DNA from: an uncultured Actinomycetes bacterium
GTDB taxonomy: Bacteria > Actinomycetota > Thermoleophilia > Gaiellales > Gaiellaceae
Length of the DNA stretch: 64,000 nt
Direction: 5' to 3'
Assembly: GCA_963833255.1 (NCBI GenBank)
Contig: CAWHXK010000060.1
Span: forward strand, 33,223-97,222
In this document: one piece after another, positions 42,875 to 53,785 of the stretch
Layout: each line of letters opens with the position of its first letter
Numbering within the stretch: the first letter of the stretch is position 1
Translations under genes and position numbers: made by a program
Notes under the pieces: generated by a model
Seen by the model: the letters and a program-made list of their open reading frames with translations, nothing else
What the model was told of the DNA's origin: nothing
Databases searched by the model: none

Positions 42875-43281
42875 CGGCAGAGCAACAAGTACTCGGTCTT
42901 TCCGCGTAGGACGAAGGCAAAGCGCTCGACGAGCTGCTTACCGTCGCGGGCATACGCGACCTCGTAGCGCCTCGCCCGCAGCCCGGCGACCGTGACGGTG
43001 GCCCGATTCGCCACGGTCCCCTGCTGCTGTTGCGCCAGCGTATCGGCAGCATGGTCGAGCTCGGCCAGGACCCTGCCCCACAAGGCGGGCCGAAACGGCC
43101 GCACGAGCGGAAACCGCGTCACCGACACGATTTGGGTGCCCCGAGCGGCCTGCACCTCGGCCCCCTTTCGGGTGACCGTCCAGCCGCCGGGGGCAGCAAA
43201 GAAGTAGCCTGGTCCCTGAACGGTCTGCTCCTTTGCTTTCGCGCCACCGCAGCCGGCAGCGAGGAGCATGGCCCCGACCAC
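42811..43281 (-). CDS. hypothetical lipoprotein
   Basis: Lipobox LLAAGC close to the N-terminus. Start provisional: GTG 43281. ATG 43356 would abut the divergent gene start with no promoter space. Confidence 0.5.
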   Translation of the reverse strand: MVGAMLLAAGCGGAKAKEQTVQGPGYFFAAPGGWTVTRKGAEVQAARGTQIVSVTRFPLVRPFRPALWGRVLAELDHAADTLAQQQQGTVANRATVTVAGLRARRYEVAYARDGKQLVERFAFVLRGKTEYLLLCRYERGGDTRACDGLLATFRLT

Positions 43282-43354
43282 GAGAGCCGCCTGTTTGCAA
43301 GGATTCGGGACGGGTACGAGACGGCTGGCAAAACAGCGAAAGGACACGAGAAAC

Positions 43355-43780
43355 ATGACTAACACGAAAGACAAGGTATTGGACCGGGCGGGAGGCGCGA
43401 GGCCGTACATCGAGCGCGCCCTCCACGACGAGGATCTCCGCGACAACGTGCGGAACGCCTTCGAGTCTGCCCGTGAGGTCTACAACGAGCTCATCGGCGG
43501 CCGCGGAGCGATCCCTGTCGCGACTCGAGTTGCAACCGACAAGGACATTCAGGACCGGCTGAGGGAAGCGCTCGACGAGCTGCGCGAAGCGGCGGATCGC
43601 GTGCAAGGCAAGAAGGACCACGGCACGCGCAACACATTGCTGCTGATCACGGGCATCGCGCTCGGGCTCCTCTTCAACCCCGTGTCGGGCGCACAGACGC
43701 GCAGATGGGTCTCCGACAAGGTGTTCGGTCCGAGCGACGACTTCACCTACCAGGGGAACTCGACGCCGAGCCCGAACTAG
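43355..43780 (+). CDS. hypothetical protein with C-terminal TM helix
   Basis: ATG 43355. Charged helical N-terminal part followed by LLLITGIALGLLFNPV. No confident family. Confidence 0.5.
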   Translation: MTNTKDKVLDRAGGARPYIERALHDEDLRDNVRNAFESAREVYNELIGGRGAIPVATRVATDKDIQDRLREALDELREAADRVQGKKDHGTRNTLLLITGIALGLLFNPVSGAQTRRWVSDKVFGPSDDFTYQGNSTPSPN

Positions 43781-43782
43781 CT

Positions 43783-45171
43783 CTACTTCGGCTTCTTCTT
43801 CGAGCTGAAGTTGTCGCCCTTCACCACGAGGGGCCTGATCGCGCGCTGCAGGGAGCCTGGGACGAGCCCGTCCGCGGTCGAGATGTCGGTCGCGGCCAAC
43901 AGGATCGCCCCGGGCTTCGGAGCGTTCCCGAGCGAATGCAGCGGCGCCCACGCGTCGCCGCCCGCAAAGCTGACGTCCTGAAGGTGCTTCCACGCAAGCA
44001 AGTACGAGGTCGGGTTCACGGCGCCGTCGTAACCGAGGCCGAGCAAGCCCACGGGATGGACCTCGAAGTGGAGATGGAACGGCGTTCCCTGCGCGTCCCC
44101 GGTGTTGCCGACGAAGCCGATCACATCTCCTGCGTTCACCTTGCTCCCGTTGACTGCGAGCGGCGAGAAAGCGGAGAGGTGCGCGTAGTAGAAGAGGTTT
44201 CCCTGTCCGTCGCGTAACCAGAGCCGGTTCCCGCCGATCTTGTTCCAGCCGACGGAGAAGACCGTTCCGGACGCGACGGCTAGCAGCGGTGCCCCGAGCG
44301 GGGCGAAGATGTCGTCGCCGTGATGCCAGCCGCTCGAGATGTCGCCGCGCATCGCTCCGAACGTGTCCGTGAACGATGACGGTCCGTACACGGGGAACAC
44401 GTAACCGCCCGCGGTGAGCTTCGGCGTCACGGCCGGTGGCTGGCGCACCGGCGGGAAGCCCGGCGACGGCTCGGGGGCCCGCGAGGAGGACTTCGTGCCC
44501 CTCGCCTTCGGAGGCTTCGGCACCGTCACCGGCGGTTCCGGGGGTGCGGCCTGCGCGGCGACTTCCGCGTAGCCGACGAGGATCGTCGTGCCTGCGACCA
44601 GTCCGCCGTGGTCGGCCGTGAGCCTGATCTCGAGAGCGGTGACGCTGCCGCGATAGCCGGTTGCAGGCGTGCCGCTCGCACCGCCGGCCACCGTCGTCAG
44701 CGAGCCCCAGTCCCCGAGCTGCAGCGCGTTGCCCGTTACCGGCGCGCCGAGCGCGACGAGCCCGGTCACGGCCGAGCCGGAGATGTCTCCCTTCGCGGCG
44801 CCCGCGCGAGCCTCCGCGTGAGCCTGCGCGACGACACTCGTCGCGGTGATCTCGCCGCCGAAGATGTTGAGGTTCGAGACCTCGGCCGAGGCGGTCGCGT
44901 TCGCCGAGGGCCCTGCGACGGCAGAGGCGCTCGCGTTGGCGGACCCGGTCGTGACGATGTGGTTGTAGTCGAACGCGCCGCTGAAGACGACCGAGTCCTC
45001 CGGAGCCGAGACAGTCGGAGTCTCCGCGCCCGGCTGATTCGGGACGACCACCCGGATCCCGTAGGCACGCGCGGTCGCTCCCGACGCCTGATCGTGTTGC
45101 CAGCCGGCATCGGCGGCAGCAGCGGTCAGCAGCAGAAGGGCAACGAGGAAGGCGACGGAAGCGCGCTTCAC
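43783..45171 (-). CDS. secreted M23 family metallopeptidase
   Basis: Signal peptide (KRASVAFLVALLLLTAAAADA). C-terminal LytM/M23 motifs HHGDDIFA and GTPFHLHFEVH. Start GTG 45171 (alternative ATG 45207). Confidence 0.8.
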   Translation of the reverse strand: MKRASVAFLVALLLLTAAAADAGWQHDQASGATARAYGIRVVVPNQPGAETPTVSAPEDSVVFSGAFDYNHIVTTGSANASASAVAGPSANATASAEVSNLNIFGGEITATSVVAQAHAEARAGAAKGDISGSAVTGLVALGAPVTGNALQLGDWGSLTTVAGGASGTPATGYRGSVTALEIRLTADHGGLVAGTTILVGYAEVAAQAAPPEPPVTVPKPPKARGTKSSSRAPEPSPGFPPVRQPPAVTPKLTAGGYVFPVYGPSSFTDTFGAMRGDISSGWHHGDDIFAPLGAPLLAVASGTVFSVGWNKIGGNRLWLRDGQGNLFYYAHLSAFSPLAVNGSKVNAGDVIGFVGNTGDAQGTPFHLHFEVHPVGLLGLGYDGAVNPTSYLLAWKHLQDVSFAGGDAWAPLHSLGNAPKPGAILLAATDISTADGLVPGSLQRAIRPLVVKGDNFSSKKKPK

Positions 45172-45247
45172 AAGCTCCCCATTATGCAGCCTCTCCGGTC
45201 GTCGCATGGCCCGGGGCGGGTTCCGCGGACCGGAGGAGGTTCCGGCG

Positions 45248-46653
45248 CTAGCCGAGGCCTCGACGCAGCGACTTCGCCGGCAGGCGCGCGCTGAACACCT
45301 CTTCGGCGTTTGCATTCAGGTTCCGGGTGTCGATCCACATCGGGTAGGCCATCCCACCGCGCGCCGCGAGACCGGTGTAGCCGCCGTAGCCACCCGGAAT
45401 CGCCGTAGCCGTAGATCCTGGCGTCCTCCCAGAGAACCTGGACGCTGGACGAAGCACGGGCTGGCCTCACCGGTGTCGCCCACCGACGCCCGTCGGTCGA
45501 GACCGTGCACGAGAACCAGGCCGTCGTGCGGTTCGAGTCGCCGCGGGTGTCGTAGAAGCACGCCCACAGATCCGACGTCACCGGATCGACCGCCGACACG
45601 GGCCAGAACTGATCGGACTTCTTCGGGTCGGCCGGGCCGGCTCGGCCTCGAGAGAGCGGGTGTAGCGCCCGATCGAAGACGGCGACGTCGACGTCCTGCG
45701 TCGTGTCGGGACCGACGACCCCGTACGTGAGGAAGACACGCTGTTTCGAGACGGCGAGCGTCGGATTCGGACCGAGGCAGCGCACGGCCTGTTGCGGGAG
45801 GACGAACTTCCCGAAGACGATGCAGGTGGCGGCGATGTTTCCCGGCAGCGGCGCCGCCTGGCGAACTGCGAAGTGGCGGCCGGCATCGGTCGACCGGCCG
45901 ATCCACAGTCCGTCCCTTGCATCGACCCCTGCGACATAGAGATCGTCGCCCTGACCGGCGGCGGCGATGGTGACGAGCTGGGGCTGGTCGAGTGAGCGGT
46001 CGACCACCTGGGGCTGCGGACCACGTTTTGCCGCCGTCCGTACTCGAGCTCACGACCGTTGTCTGATACCTGGACTTGAGGAGACGGGACCATGCGACGT
46101 AGACGCGACCCTTGGAGTCGACCGTGAGCGCAGGCTTGTCGTCGTATCCGAACTTCGTCGCCGGGCGCGTGACTCGCCGGGTCAGCCAACCGCCCTTCGG
46201 CCCCGAACGGGACGCGACGATGAGATACGGGGTCAGGTCAGGCCCCGGCGTACAGGTCGACTTCTCGGTGAACGCGACGTACTGCCGTCCGGTCGGGGAG
46301 ACCGCGACCGCCGGATCTCCCCAGGAGCAGGTGTTCGGGTTGAACACCGGCCCTGCTTTCGTCGACCACCTCCGCCCGCCGTTCACGGAGGTGAAGACGC
46401 GGATCTCCGGGTCGACGCTCTCGTTCGCGGCGGCGACGAGGTTGCTCGGCCTCGACGGATCGACGGCGACCGCGACCTCGGTCTGGATCCCCCGCGAGCG
46501 CGAGACGTCCTGGACTCGCGTGCCCGCCGTCTGCCACGGGCTCTTCGCGTTGTGCACCGTGGTCAGGTAGATCGTCACGCCTGCAACCACCATGAGCACG
46601 AGGATCGCGGCACCCTCGATCGAGAGCTTCCGCGCGTTCGAGAGCTTCCGCAC
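45248..46653 (-). pseudogene. BNR/Asp-box repeat (sialidase-fold) membrane-anchored protein, two frame breaks
   Basis: Asp-box motifs STDGGKTW, STDAGRHF and STDGRRW. Sequence continues across frames near 46010 and 45415. Confidence 0.65.
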
Positions 46654-46684
46654 GTCGGATTAGACGACGAAAACGGGGGAAAGA

Positions 46685-47080
46685 TCAGTCGCCGGCGAGC
46701 TGCTTGCGGGCAAATTCCCGGAAACGGTCACGCGCGCCTTCGTCGGGGCCGAGCGGCTCCTCGTCGGCGTACCTGGGATCGGCGGCGATCTCCTCGGCGA
46801 CCGCCTTGACCTCCCGGCGCAGGGCGTCGTGGTGCTTCGGGTCTCGCAGCAGGGCTTCGACCCAGGTGTCGTCGGCGTCCTCGGCGCCGAGCTCCTGCTC
46901 GAACAGGAGCTCCCCCAGCAGGATGCCGACGCGGATGTAGGCGAACGTTCGAAAGGCGAGGACGCGGTGCGGCGAGCCGACCAGGCGGTCGATCTCGGGA
47001 TCCTCAGCCTGGATCCGCGCGACGATGTCGCCGACGGGCTCGTCGACAAGCGGCAGCCAGACTTCCTCGGGTCCTGCCAT
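46685..47080 (-). CDS. hypothetical acidic cytoplasmic protein
   Basis: ATG 47080 inside a longer noisy ORF. Protein-like composition, no recognised family. Confidence 0.45.
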   Translation of the reverse strand: MAGPEEVWLPLVDEPVGDIVARIQAEDPEIDRLVGSPHRVLAFRTFAYIRVGILLGELLFEQELGAEDADDTWVEALLRDPKHHDALRREVKAVAEEIAADPRYADEEPLGPDEGARDRFREFARKQLAGD

Positions 47081-47094
47081 GTGGACAGGATAGG

Positions 47095-47463
47095 TCAGGA
47101 CTCGCGCTGACGCGCTCGCCATGCGATCTGTGCCGCAACCAGGACGAGCAATCCCGCGAAAAGGCGGCGAAGGGTCGCATCGGGCAGTGACACGGCGAGC
47201 GCGACGCCTCCCTGGGCGGCCGCCGCAGCTGCGATCCCGAGCACGGCTGCGGCACGCCACCGAACGTTGCCGTAACGCGCCTGGCGCCACGTCCCCACGA
47301 GAACCGTAGGGATGATCGCGAGCAGCGACGTTCCGAGCGCCTCGTGATGGCCCAGCCCGAGTGCGATCAGCGTCGGCACGAAGAGAAGCCCGCCGCCGAT
47401 GCCGAACATCCCGGCGAGCACGCCCGCAACGAGCCCGAGCGCAATGGCGAACGCATACGTCAC
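47095..47463 (-). CDS. TauE/SafE sulfite-exporter family protein, C-terminal half-size ORF
   Basis: 4-TM unit with MFGIGGGLLFVP. GTG 47463 overlaps the stop of the preceding half (GTGA). Confidence 0.65.
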   Translation of the reverse strand: MTYAFAIALGLVAGVLAGMFGIGGGLLFVPTLIALGLGHHEALGTSLLAIIPTVLVGTWRQARYGNVRWRAAAVLGIAAAAAAQGGVALAVSLPDATLRRLFAGLLVLVAAQIAWRARQRES

Positions 47464-47801
47464 TTGACGAACAACCAGACGGCTACGGCGAACATGAAAG
47501 CGGCGAAGCACAACTCGATCGTGCGCGTCTGCAGACGTTGCTGCACTGCCGTCGCGCCCGCCACCGACACCGCCGCCGGCAGACCGACGAGAGCCGCGTA
47601 CCCGACGTTGACGTCGCCGTGGATCGCGTAGGCGATCACGCCGGAGACTGCGGTGATGCCGATCGCCGCGAGCGACGTCGCCGTCGCGGCTCGAGAGTCC
47701 CAGCCGCAGAAGAGCAGCAGCGGCACGATCACGATGCCGCCTCCGACCCCGAACAACGCACTGAAGAAGCCCGCCACGAGGCCGATGAGGACGAGCCGCA
47801 C
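47460..47801 (-). CDS. TauE/SafE sulfite-exporter family protein, N-terminal half-size ORF
   Basis: 4-TM unit with LFGVGGGIVIVPLL. GTG 47801. Confidence 0.65.
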   Translation of the reverse strand: MRLVLIGLVAGFFSALFGVGGGIVIVPLLLFCGWDSRAATATSLAAIGITAVSGVIAYAIHGDVNVGYAALVGLPAAVSVAGATAVQQRLQTRTIELCFAAFMFAVAVWLFVK

Positions 47802-47818
47802 GCGCCTATTCTTGCAGC

Positions 47819-48523
47819 GTGGATCTGATCGACCGTCTCGCCGAGGATCCTGCGCAGGCAGCGCTCTTCTTCGACGTCGACGGTGTGCTCGCACCGATCG
47901 TTCCGCGACCGGAGGACGCACGGGTGCCAGAAATGATCCGCACCGAGCTCCGGCGGCTCGTCGCGCGCTACGGGCTGGTGGCGTGCGTATCCGGGCGCGC
48001 AGGCGACGACGCTCGATCGATCGTCGGTGTCCCGGAGCTCACATACGTGGGGAACCACGGCCTCGAGCTCGAGCCGAGCGCCGGCGAGTGGGCCGCCCGG
48101 CTGGCAGCGTTCCTCGCCGAGGTGGAATGGCCACGGATCGAGGACAAAGGCCTGACCGCGTCACTGCACTACCGCCACATGGACGACGACGCCGCCCGGC
48201 GCGAGCTCGACGCGATCGCCGAGCAAGCGCGCGCCCAAGGCTTCGTGGCGCGCTACGGCCGCAAAGTGCTCGAGCTGCTACCACCGCTCGACGCGAACAA
48301 GGGCACCGCAGTGCGCGGTCTGCTCGCAGAGCACCACCTCGTGCGCGCGCTCTACGCCGGCGACGACACGACCGACCTCGACGCGTTCGCCGCGGTTGCA
48401 CGGCTCGAGCTCGGCATCCGCGTTGCAGTTGTGTCCGCCGAGGGCCCGCCCGAGCTGGGGGAGCAAGCCGACATCGTGCTCGACAGACAGTCAGAGGTCC
48501 TCGGACTGCTACGTGCGCTCTAG
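47819..48523 (+). CDS. otsB: trehalose-phosphatase
   Basis: HAD motifs FFDVDGVLAP, VSGR, KGTAV and AGDDTTD in OtsB order. Confidence 0.8.
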   Translation: MDLIDRLAEDPAQAALFFDVDGVLAPIVPRPEDARVPEMIRTELRRLVARYGLVACVSGRAGDDARSIVGVPELTYVGNHGLELEPSAGEWAARLAAFLAEVEWPRIEDKGLTASLHYRHMDDDAARRELDAIAEQARAQGFVARYGRKVLELLPPLDANKGTAVRGLLAEHHLVRALYAGDDTTDLDAFAAVARLELGIRVAVVSAEGPPELGEQADIVLDRQSEVLGLLRAL

Positions 48524-48525
48524 CC

Positions 48526-49551
<1,026 letters not shown>

Positions 49552-49553
49552 GC

Positions 49554-50198
49554 TCAGGCCTCCCTGGCTGGATTCTTCGGCAACGCGAAGTGGGCGGAAA
49601 CGAGGAACGAGTACGCGATCGTGAGGGTGAGAAACGGGAGGATCGCGGCGGCGACTCCGATGACGTTCACCAACAGTAAGGCGACTGCAAGTCCGAGGAA
49701 CCCGAGCGGGCGCCGAGCCACGCTGAGCGCCGCGTCACGAGCAACGGCCTTCAGCGGCAGGCCCGACTCGAAAACGGCGAGCGGCCAGAGCGCGAGCTGG
49801 AAGACCGCGAACATCAACAGCAGGTACACGCAGACGGCGGCCAACGGCCAGGCCCAGGTGCCGGCATGCGCATAGAAGGGCACCGCCAGCGCACCAAGCC
49901 CTACCGCTGCCGCGAGCGCCAGCCCGAGCGCGAGCCCGCGTCGCCATAGGCGACGAAGGCCCCTGAGCGCCTCGGCAAGCCGGAGGTCTTCGGTCTGGGC
50001 CAGCGTGACAGCACAGTGCATGACGGCTGCGATCGCCGGCCCGATGAGGACCGCGAGGATGAATGCACCCCGCACCGCGATGCTCGCGAGCACGATCAGG
50101 ACGAGCCCCAGCCCAAGCAGCGAGTTGAGGATGACGAGGCGCCAAGCCTGGTGGTACAGATCCGTCGCCGCGAACCCGAAAGCGCTCCGAAGCGTCAT
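49554..50198 (-). CDS. polytopic membrane protein (DUF624/YesL-like?) embedded in the sugar ABC operon
   Basis: ATG 50198 overlaps the upstream stop (ATGA). About 6 hydrophobic helices. The family call is tentative. Confidence 0.45.
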   Translation of the reverse strand: MTLRSAFGFAATDLYHQAWRLVILNSLLGLGLVLIVLASIAVRGAFILAVLIGPAIAAVMHCAVTLAQTEDLRLAEALRGLRRLWRRGLALGLALAAAVGLGALAVPFYAHAGTWAWPLAAVCVYLLLMFAVFQLALWPLAVFESGLPLKAVARDAALSVARRPLGFLGLAVALLLVNVIGVAAAILPFLTLTIAYSFLVSAHFALPKNPAREA

Positions 50199-51163
50199 CC
50201 CTTCACCCCGGAGGCTGCGACGCCCGCGACGAAGTAGCGCTGGAACACGATGAACAGCAGCAGGATCGGCAGAATCGCCAGGACGCTCGCCGCCATCAGC
50301 GGCGGCCATAAAGTCGTGTAGGCGAAGCGGAAGTTGGCGATCCCGATCGGGATCGTGTACTGGCTCTTGTCCTGGAGCAAGATCGCCGGCCAGAAGAGGC
50401 CGTTCCACGCCCCCTGGAACGTGAGTATCCCCACCGCCGCGAGCGCCGGCCCCGCGAGCGGCAGCATCACCTTGCGATAGGTCTTGAAGTAGCCCGCGCC
50501 ATCGAGCTTCGCCGCCTCCTCGAGGTCGCGCGGAATCGTGAGGAAGTACTGCCGCATCAGGAACAGGCTCGCGGCCGAGACAAGCTGGATGAGGATGACG
50601 CCGTTTCGGTTGATAAAGGTCGCGTCGTGCCAACCGAGGTGGCCGACCCAGGCCGGGATCCAGTTGACGAGCATGAGGTAGATCGGGACGAGGCGCAGCG
50701 TGTCGGGGATCATCAGCGTCCCGAGCACGAGCAGGAAGAGGGCCTCACGGCCCGGGAACTTGAGCCGTGCAAACGCGTAGCCCCCGAGCGACGCGAGGAA
50801 AAGGTTCGAGACGGTGATCGCGCCCGCGATGATGACGCTGTTCAACGTGTAACGCCCGAAGTTGAATGTGTGAAACGCCTCGTGGTAACCCGAGAGCGTC
50901 CAGTGCTTCGGCAGGAGCGAGAAACCGGCGACCGTGTCCGCGAGAGTCCGGAAGGACGTCGACACACTCCAGAGGAACGGGATCGCGAAGACCGCGGCGA
51001 CGGAGAACATGACGACGTAGGCGATCGCGGTGCGAATTCGCTCTCCCCGCTCGCGGCCCGGGATCCCGGCCGTCGTGGCCGGCGTTCCCTTCGCGGCCTC
51101 CCCTTCGCGCGAGAGCTCGGTGGCTGCATCGGGCGGGACGGGCGGCAGCTGCTCGGTGCTCAT
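50195..51163 (-). CDS. carbohydrate ABC transporter permease (MalG-like)
   Basis: EAA-loop region PRDLEEAAKLDGAGYFKTYRKVMLPLAGPAL. ATG 51163 overlaps the upstream stop (TGATG). Confidence 0.85.
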   Translation of the reverse strand: MSTEQLPPVPPDAATELSREGEAAKGTPATTAGIPGRERGERIRTAIAYVVMFSVAAVFAIPFLWSVSTSFRTLADTVAGFSLLPKHWTLSGYHEAFHTFNFGRYTLNSVIIAGAITVSNLFLASLGGYAFARLKFPGREALFLLVLGTLMIPDTLRLVPIYLMLVNWIPAWVGHLGWHDATFINRNGVILIQLVSAASLFLMRQYFLTIPRDLEEAAKLDGAGYFKTYRKVMLPLAGPALAAVGILTFQGAWNGLFWPAILLQDKSQYTIPIGIANFRFAYTTLWPPLMAASVLAILPILLLFIVFQRYFVAGVAASGVKG

Positions 51164-52083
51164 CAGGCGACCTCGGCCTTGCCGAACAGCAGTCGCTGGA
51201 TCAACGTGATCGTGAAGATGAAGAGGAACAGGACGACGCCGATGGCGGCGCCGTACCCAAACGAGATGTTCTTGATCGACTGGTTGTAGAGGTACAGGAC
51301 GATGGTCATCGTCGAGTAGTTCGGACCGCCGGATGCGCCGCCGATCAAGAAGGACTGGTCGAACATCTGCAGGGACCCGATGATCGAGACGACGAGGACG
51401 AAGAAGTGGGCGGGCTTCAGCAGCGGGAAGGTGACCTTCCAGAACGTCCGCCACGCACCTGCCCCGTCGATCGCGGCGGCCTCGTACACGTCCGTCGGAA
51501 TCGACTGTAAAGCGGCGAGGTAGAAGAGCATCATCGTGCCCGACGTCGTCCAGGCGTTCAGCGCGATGATCGACGGCAGCGCCGTGCTCTGCTGCGTGAA
51601 CCAGGCGTTGTTGTGGTGGTAGCCCAGGTGGTTCAGGATGGTGTTGAAGAGGCCGTCGGACGCGAGGATGTACGTCGCGATCGCTGCGATCGCCGCGGAG
51701 GCGGCGAGCGACGGGAAGTAGAACGCGGCACGGAAGAACGTGCGGAAGCGGATCGCCTGGTTGACGACGACCGCGAGTGTGAGCCCGAGCGCGATCTGCA
51801 ACGGCACGACGAACGCCGTGTAGACGAGCGTGTTGCGAACGGCGTGGGTCCAGAAGACCGTGTCGTGGTAGAGCTGGCGGTAGTTTCCCCAGCCGACGTA
51901 CGGGCCTTTGAAGATCTGCCAGTTGTATCGGCTGATGTACAACGCGTAGCCGAACGGGACGATGAAGAAGAGCAGGAAGAACGCCATCGGCAGGGCGATG
52001 AACCCGTAGCCGACCAGCGCCTCACGCATCCGTTCGCCGCCGAGCCCGCGTGCTTGCCGTCGTTTTGCGACCGCAACCGCCAT
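51163..52083 (-). CDS. carbohydrate ABC transporter permease (MalF-like)
   Basis: EAA loop PTDVYEAAAIDGAGAWRTFWKVTFPLLKPA. 6 TM helices. Confidence 0.85.
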   Translation of the reverse strand: MAVAVAKRRQARGLGGERMREALVGYGFIALPMAFFLLFFIVPFGYALYISRYNWQIFKGPYVGWGNYRQLYHDTVFWTHAVRNTLVYTAFVVPLQIALGLTLAVVVNQAIRFRTFFRAAFYFPSLAASAAIAAIATYILASDGLFNTILNHLGYHHNNAWFTQQSTALPSIIALNAWTTSGTMMLFYLAALQSIPTDVYEAAAIDGAGAWRTFWKVTFPLLKPAHFFVLVVSIIGSLQMFDQSFLIGGASGGPNYSTMTIVLYLYNQSIKNISFGYGAAIGVVLFLFIFTITLIQRLLFGKAEVA

Positions 52084-52152
52084 CTGCCGCCCCTCGCTTG
52101 ATGAGCTTCCCGCGCGCCTTTCGACGCGCGGGAAGCATTGTGTGCTACGCGG

Positions 52153-53343
52153 CTACCGCGCTGCCGCGGCGATCTTCTGGAGCATGGAGTTCACCGACTC
52201 CTTGCCCGCAATCACCGCCGTCAGCTCGTTGTTCGCCACGTCGTTCCAGATGTGACGGAACCCTGCCTGGGCACCCCAGCCGTGCACCGAAGCCGGGTAC
52301 CTGATGAACGCACCGCGACCGGGGACCGCGTGCACGTCCACCCGCGTCGGCAGCGCGAGGCCCAGCGAGATCCACTGCTGCATGCCCTGGCGACCGACGA
52401 GGTACTTCAGCACCTGCCACGCGGCCGCCTTGTGCTGGGAGTCCTTCGACATCGAGTACGACACCGTGAATGCGAGGTTGCCGCGCCTTTTGCCCTTGGG
52501 CATCGGCGCCGTCGTGAACTTCACGCCCGGGAAGGTGGCCATCGTCGGGAACATCCAGTTCCCCTCGAATGCGATCGCAACCTTCTGCTTGCCGAAGGCC
52601 TCACCGCACCAGCCTGCCCCGAGCTTGTCGGGCGTCGCCGCGAGACCGGAGTTGAGCAACCCGACGTAGAAGTTGGCGGCGGCCCGGAACGGAGCCGTGG
52701 TCGCGTCCTTCCACTGACCGGATCCACCGGCCTGGTAGACGAATGCCATCATCCTCGCCCAGTCGGCGCTGAGGCAGATCGGCTTGCCTCCCGGCACGTT
52801 GATTCTCGACGCGACGTTCCTCAACTGCGCCCACGTCTTCGGAACCGGGTTGTTGCCGAGCAGTGTGGTGTTGACCTCCATCCCGAGGGACGACCAGTCC
52901 TTCGGGAAGCCGTAGAAATGGTTCTTGTACTTGAAGGCGTTCAACAGGTTCTTGTAGAACGGCTTCGTCGAGAACTTCGTGGCCTTGACGTACGAGTCGA
53001 GCGGCTGGATCACACCCTGACCGATCCAATCTCGGATGTCAGCCACGTCGACATAGAACACGTCCGGCGGCTTGCGAGCGGCGAACTTCGCGAGCATCTG
53101 GGCCTGGTAGTCGCCGGTGATCGACTGGTAGTCGATCTTGATATTCGGGTGTGTCCTGTTGAAGGTCGAGACGACCGACTGCAGCTTCGTCTCCTCTGCC
53201 GGCGAGACCTGCCAACCGTTCAACGTCACCGTCGTCACCTTCGGTGCCTTGGCACGGTCGGTCATAGCCTGCGACCCGGCCGCGAGTACGGACGCCAGCA
53301 GGACGACCGCAAGCAGAGCCGGGAACATCAGCCTCTTACGCAT
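52153..53343 (-). CDS. extracellular solute-binding protein, family 1 (sugar ABC)
   Basis: Signal peptide MRKRLMFPALLAVVLLASVLAAG. SBP_bac_1-like sequence. First gene of the ABC operon. Confidence 0.85.
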   Translation of the reverse strand: MRKRLMFPALLAVVLLASVLAAGSQAMTDRAKAPKVTTVTLNGWQVSPAEETKLQSVVSTFNRTHPNIKIDYQSITGDYQAQMLAKFAARKPPDVFYVDVADIRDWIGQGVIQPLDSYVKATKFSTKPFYKNLLNAFKYKNHFYGFPKDWSSLGMEVNTTLLGNNPVPKTWAQLRNVASRINVPGGKPICLSADWARMMAFVYQAGGSGQWKDATTAPFRAAANFYVGLLNSGLAATPDKLGAGWCGEAFGKQKVAIAFEGNWMFPTMATFPGVKFTTAPMPKGKRRGNLAFTVSYSMSKDSQHKAAAWQVLKYLVGRQGMQQWISLGLALPTRVDVHAVPGRGAFIRYPASVHGWGAQAGFRHIWNDVANNELTAVIAGKESVNSMLQKIAAAAR

Positions 53344-53397
53344 GCTTCTCCTCCTCGTTTTGTAGCCCGGATGTCACCGGGCCAACCCCACAACCAC

Positions 53398-53440
53398 CTT
53401 GGAGCTCTAGCTCCAACCCCCATCGGAAAATGGGATTCAA
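53398..53440. repeat. 43-nt direct repeat copy A (contains palindrome TTGGAGCT-CT-AGCTCCAA, 53399-53416)
   Basis: Shares CTTGGAGC ... CCCCCAT.G.AAAA.GGGATTCAA with 53760-53802. Lies 55-97 nt upstream of the SBP start codon. Confidence 0.5.
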
Positions 53441-53470
53441 CTTGATATAGACCGCGATCCGCAAGAATTG

Positions 53471-53785
53471 TTAGTCGTTCTTCAATGCCTCCCAGGCCCT
53501 GCGAACATCGTCTTCGGTCGTGCGCTCGTTGCCGATCGCGAGCCTGAGGACGTAACGGCCGTGCAGTCGCGTGTGCGAGAGGAACAGCTCGCCGCTGCGG
53601 TTCACACGGTCGACGATCGCCTCGTTCTGCTCGTCGGAACCGTCCCGGCGGAAGCACACGAGAGAGAAGTGGCGGGGGGCGCAAACTTCCCATCCGGACT
53701 CTGCCTCTACCCATCGTTTGTTGACTCCGGACGCGCCGGAGCCGACCCCCAAATTCGTTCTTGGAGCATTGCTCGATCCCCCCAT
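53471..53785 (-). pseudogene. C-terminal remnant of a group II PLP-dependent (aromatic amino acid-type) decarboxylase
   Basis: HFSLVCFRRDGSDEQNEAIVDRVNRSGELFLSHTRLHGRYVLRLAIGNERTTEDDV matches only the last ~85 aa of such ~470-aa enzymes. No upstream remainder is present. Confidence 0.6.

Noticed and set aside
43281-43356. Lipoprotein start at ATG 43356 sharing CATG with the divergent gene start at 43355
   Set aside because: That would leave no intergenic promoter space for either gene. The downstream GTG 43281 is preferred, although the choice is uncertain.
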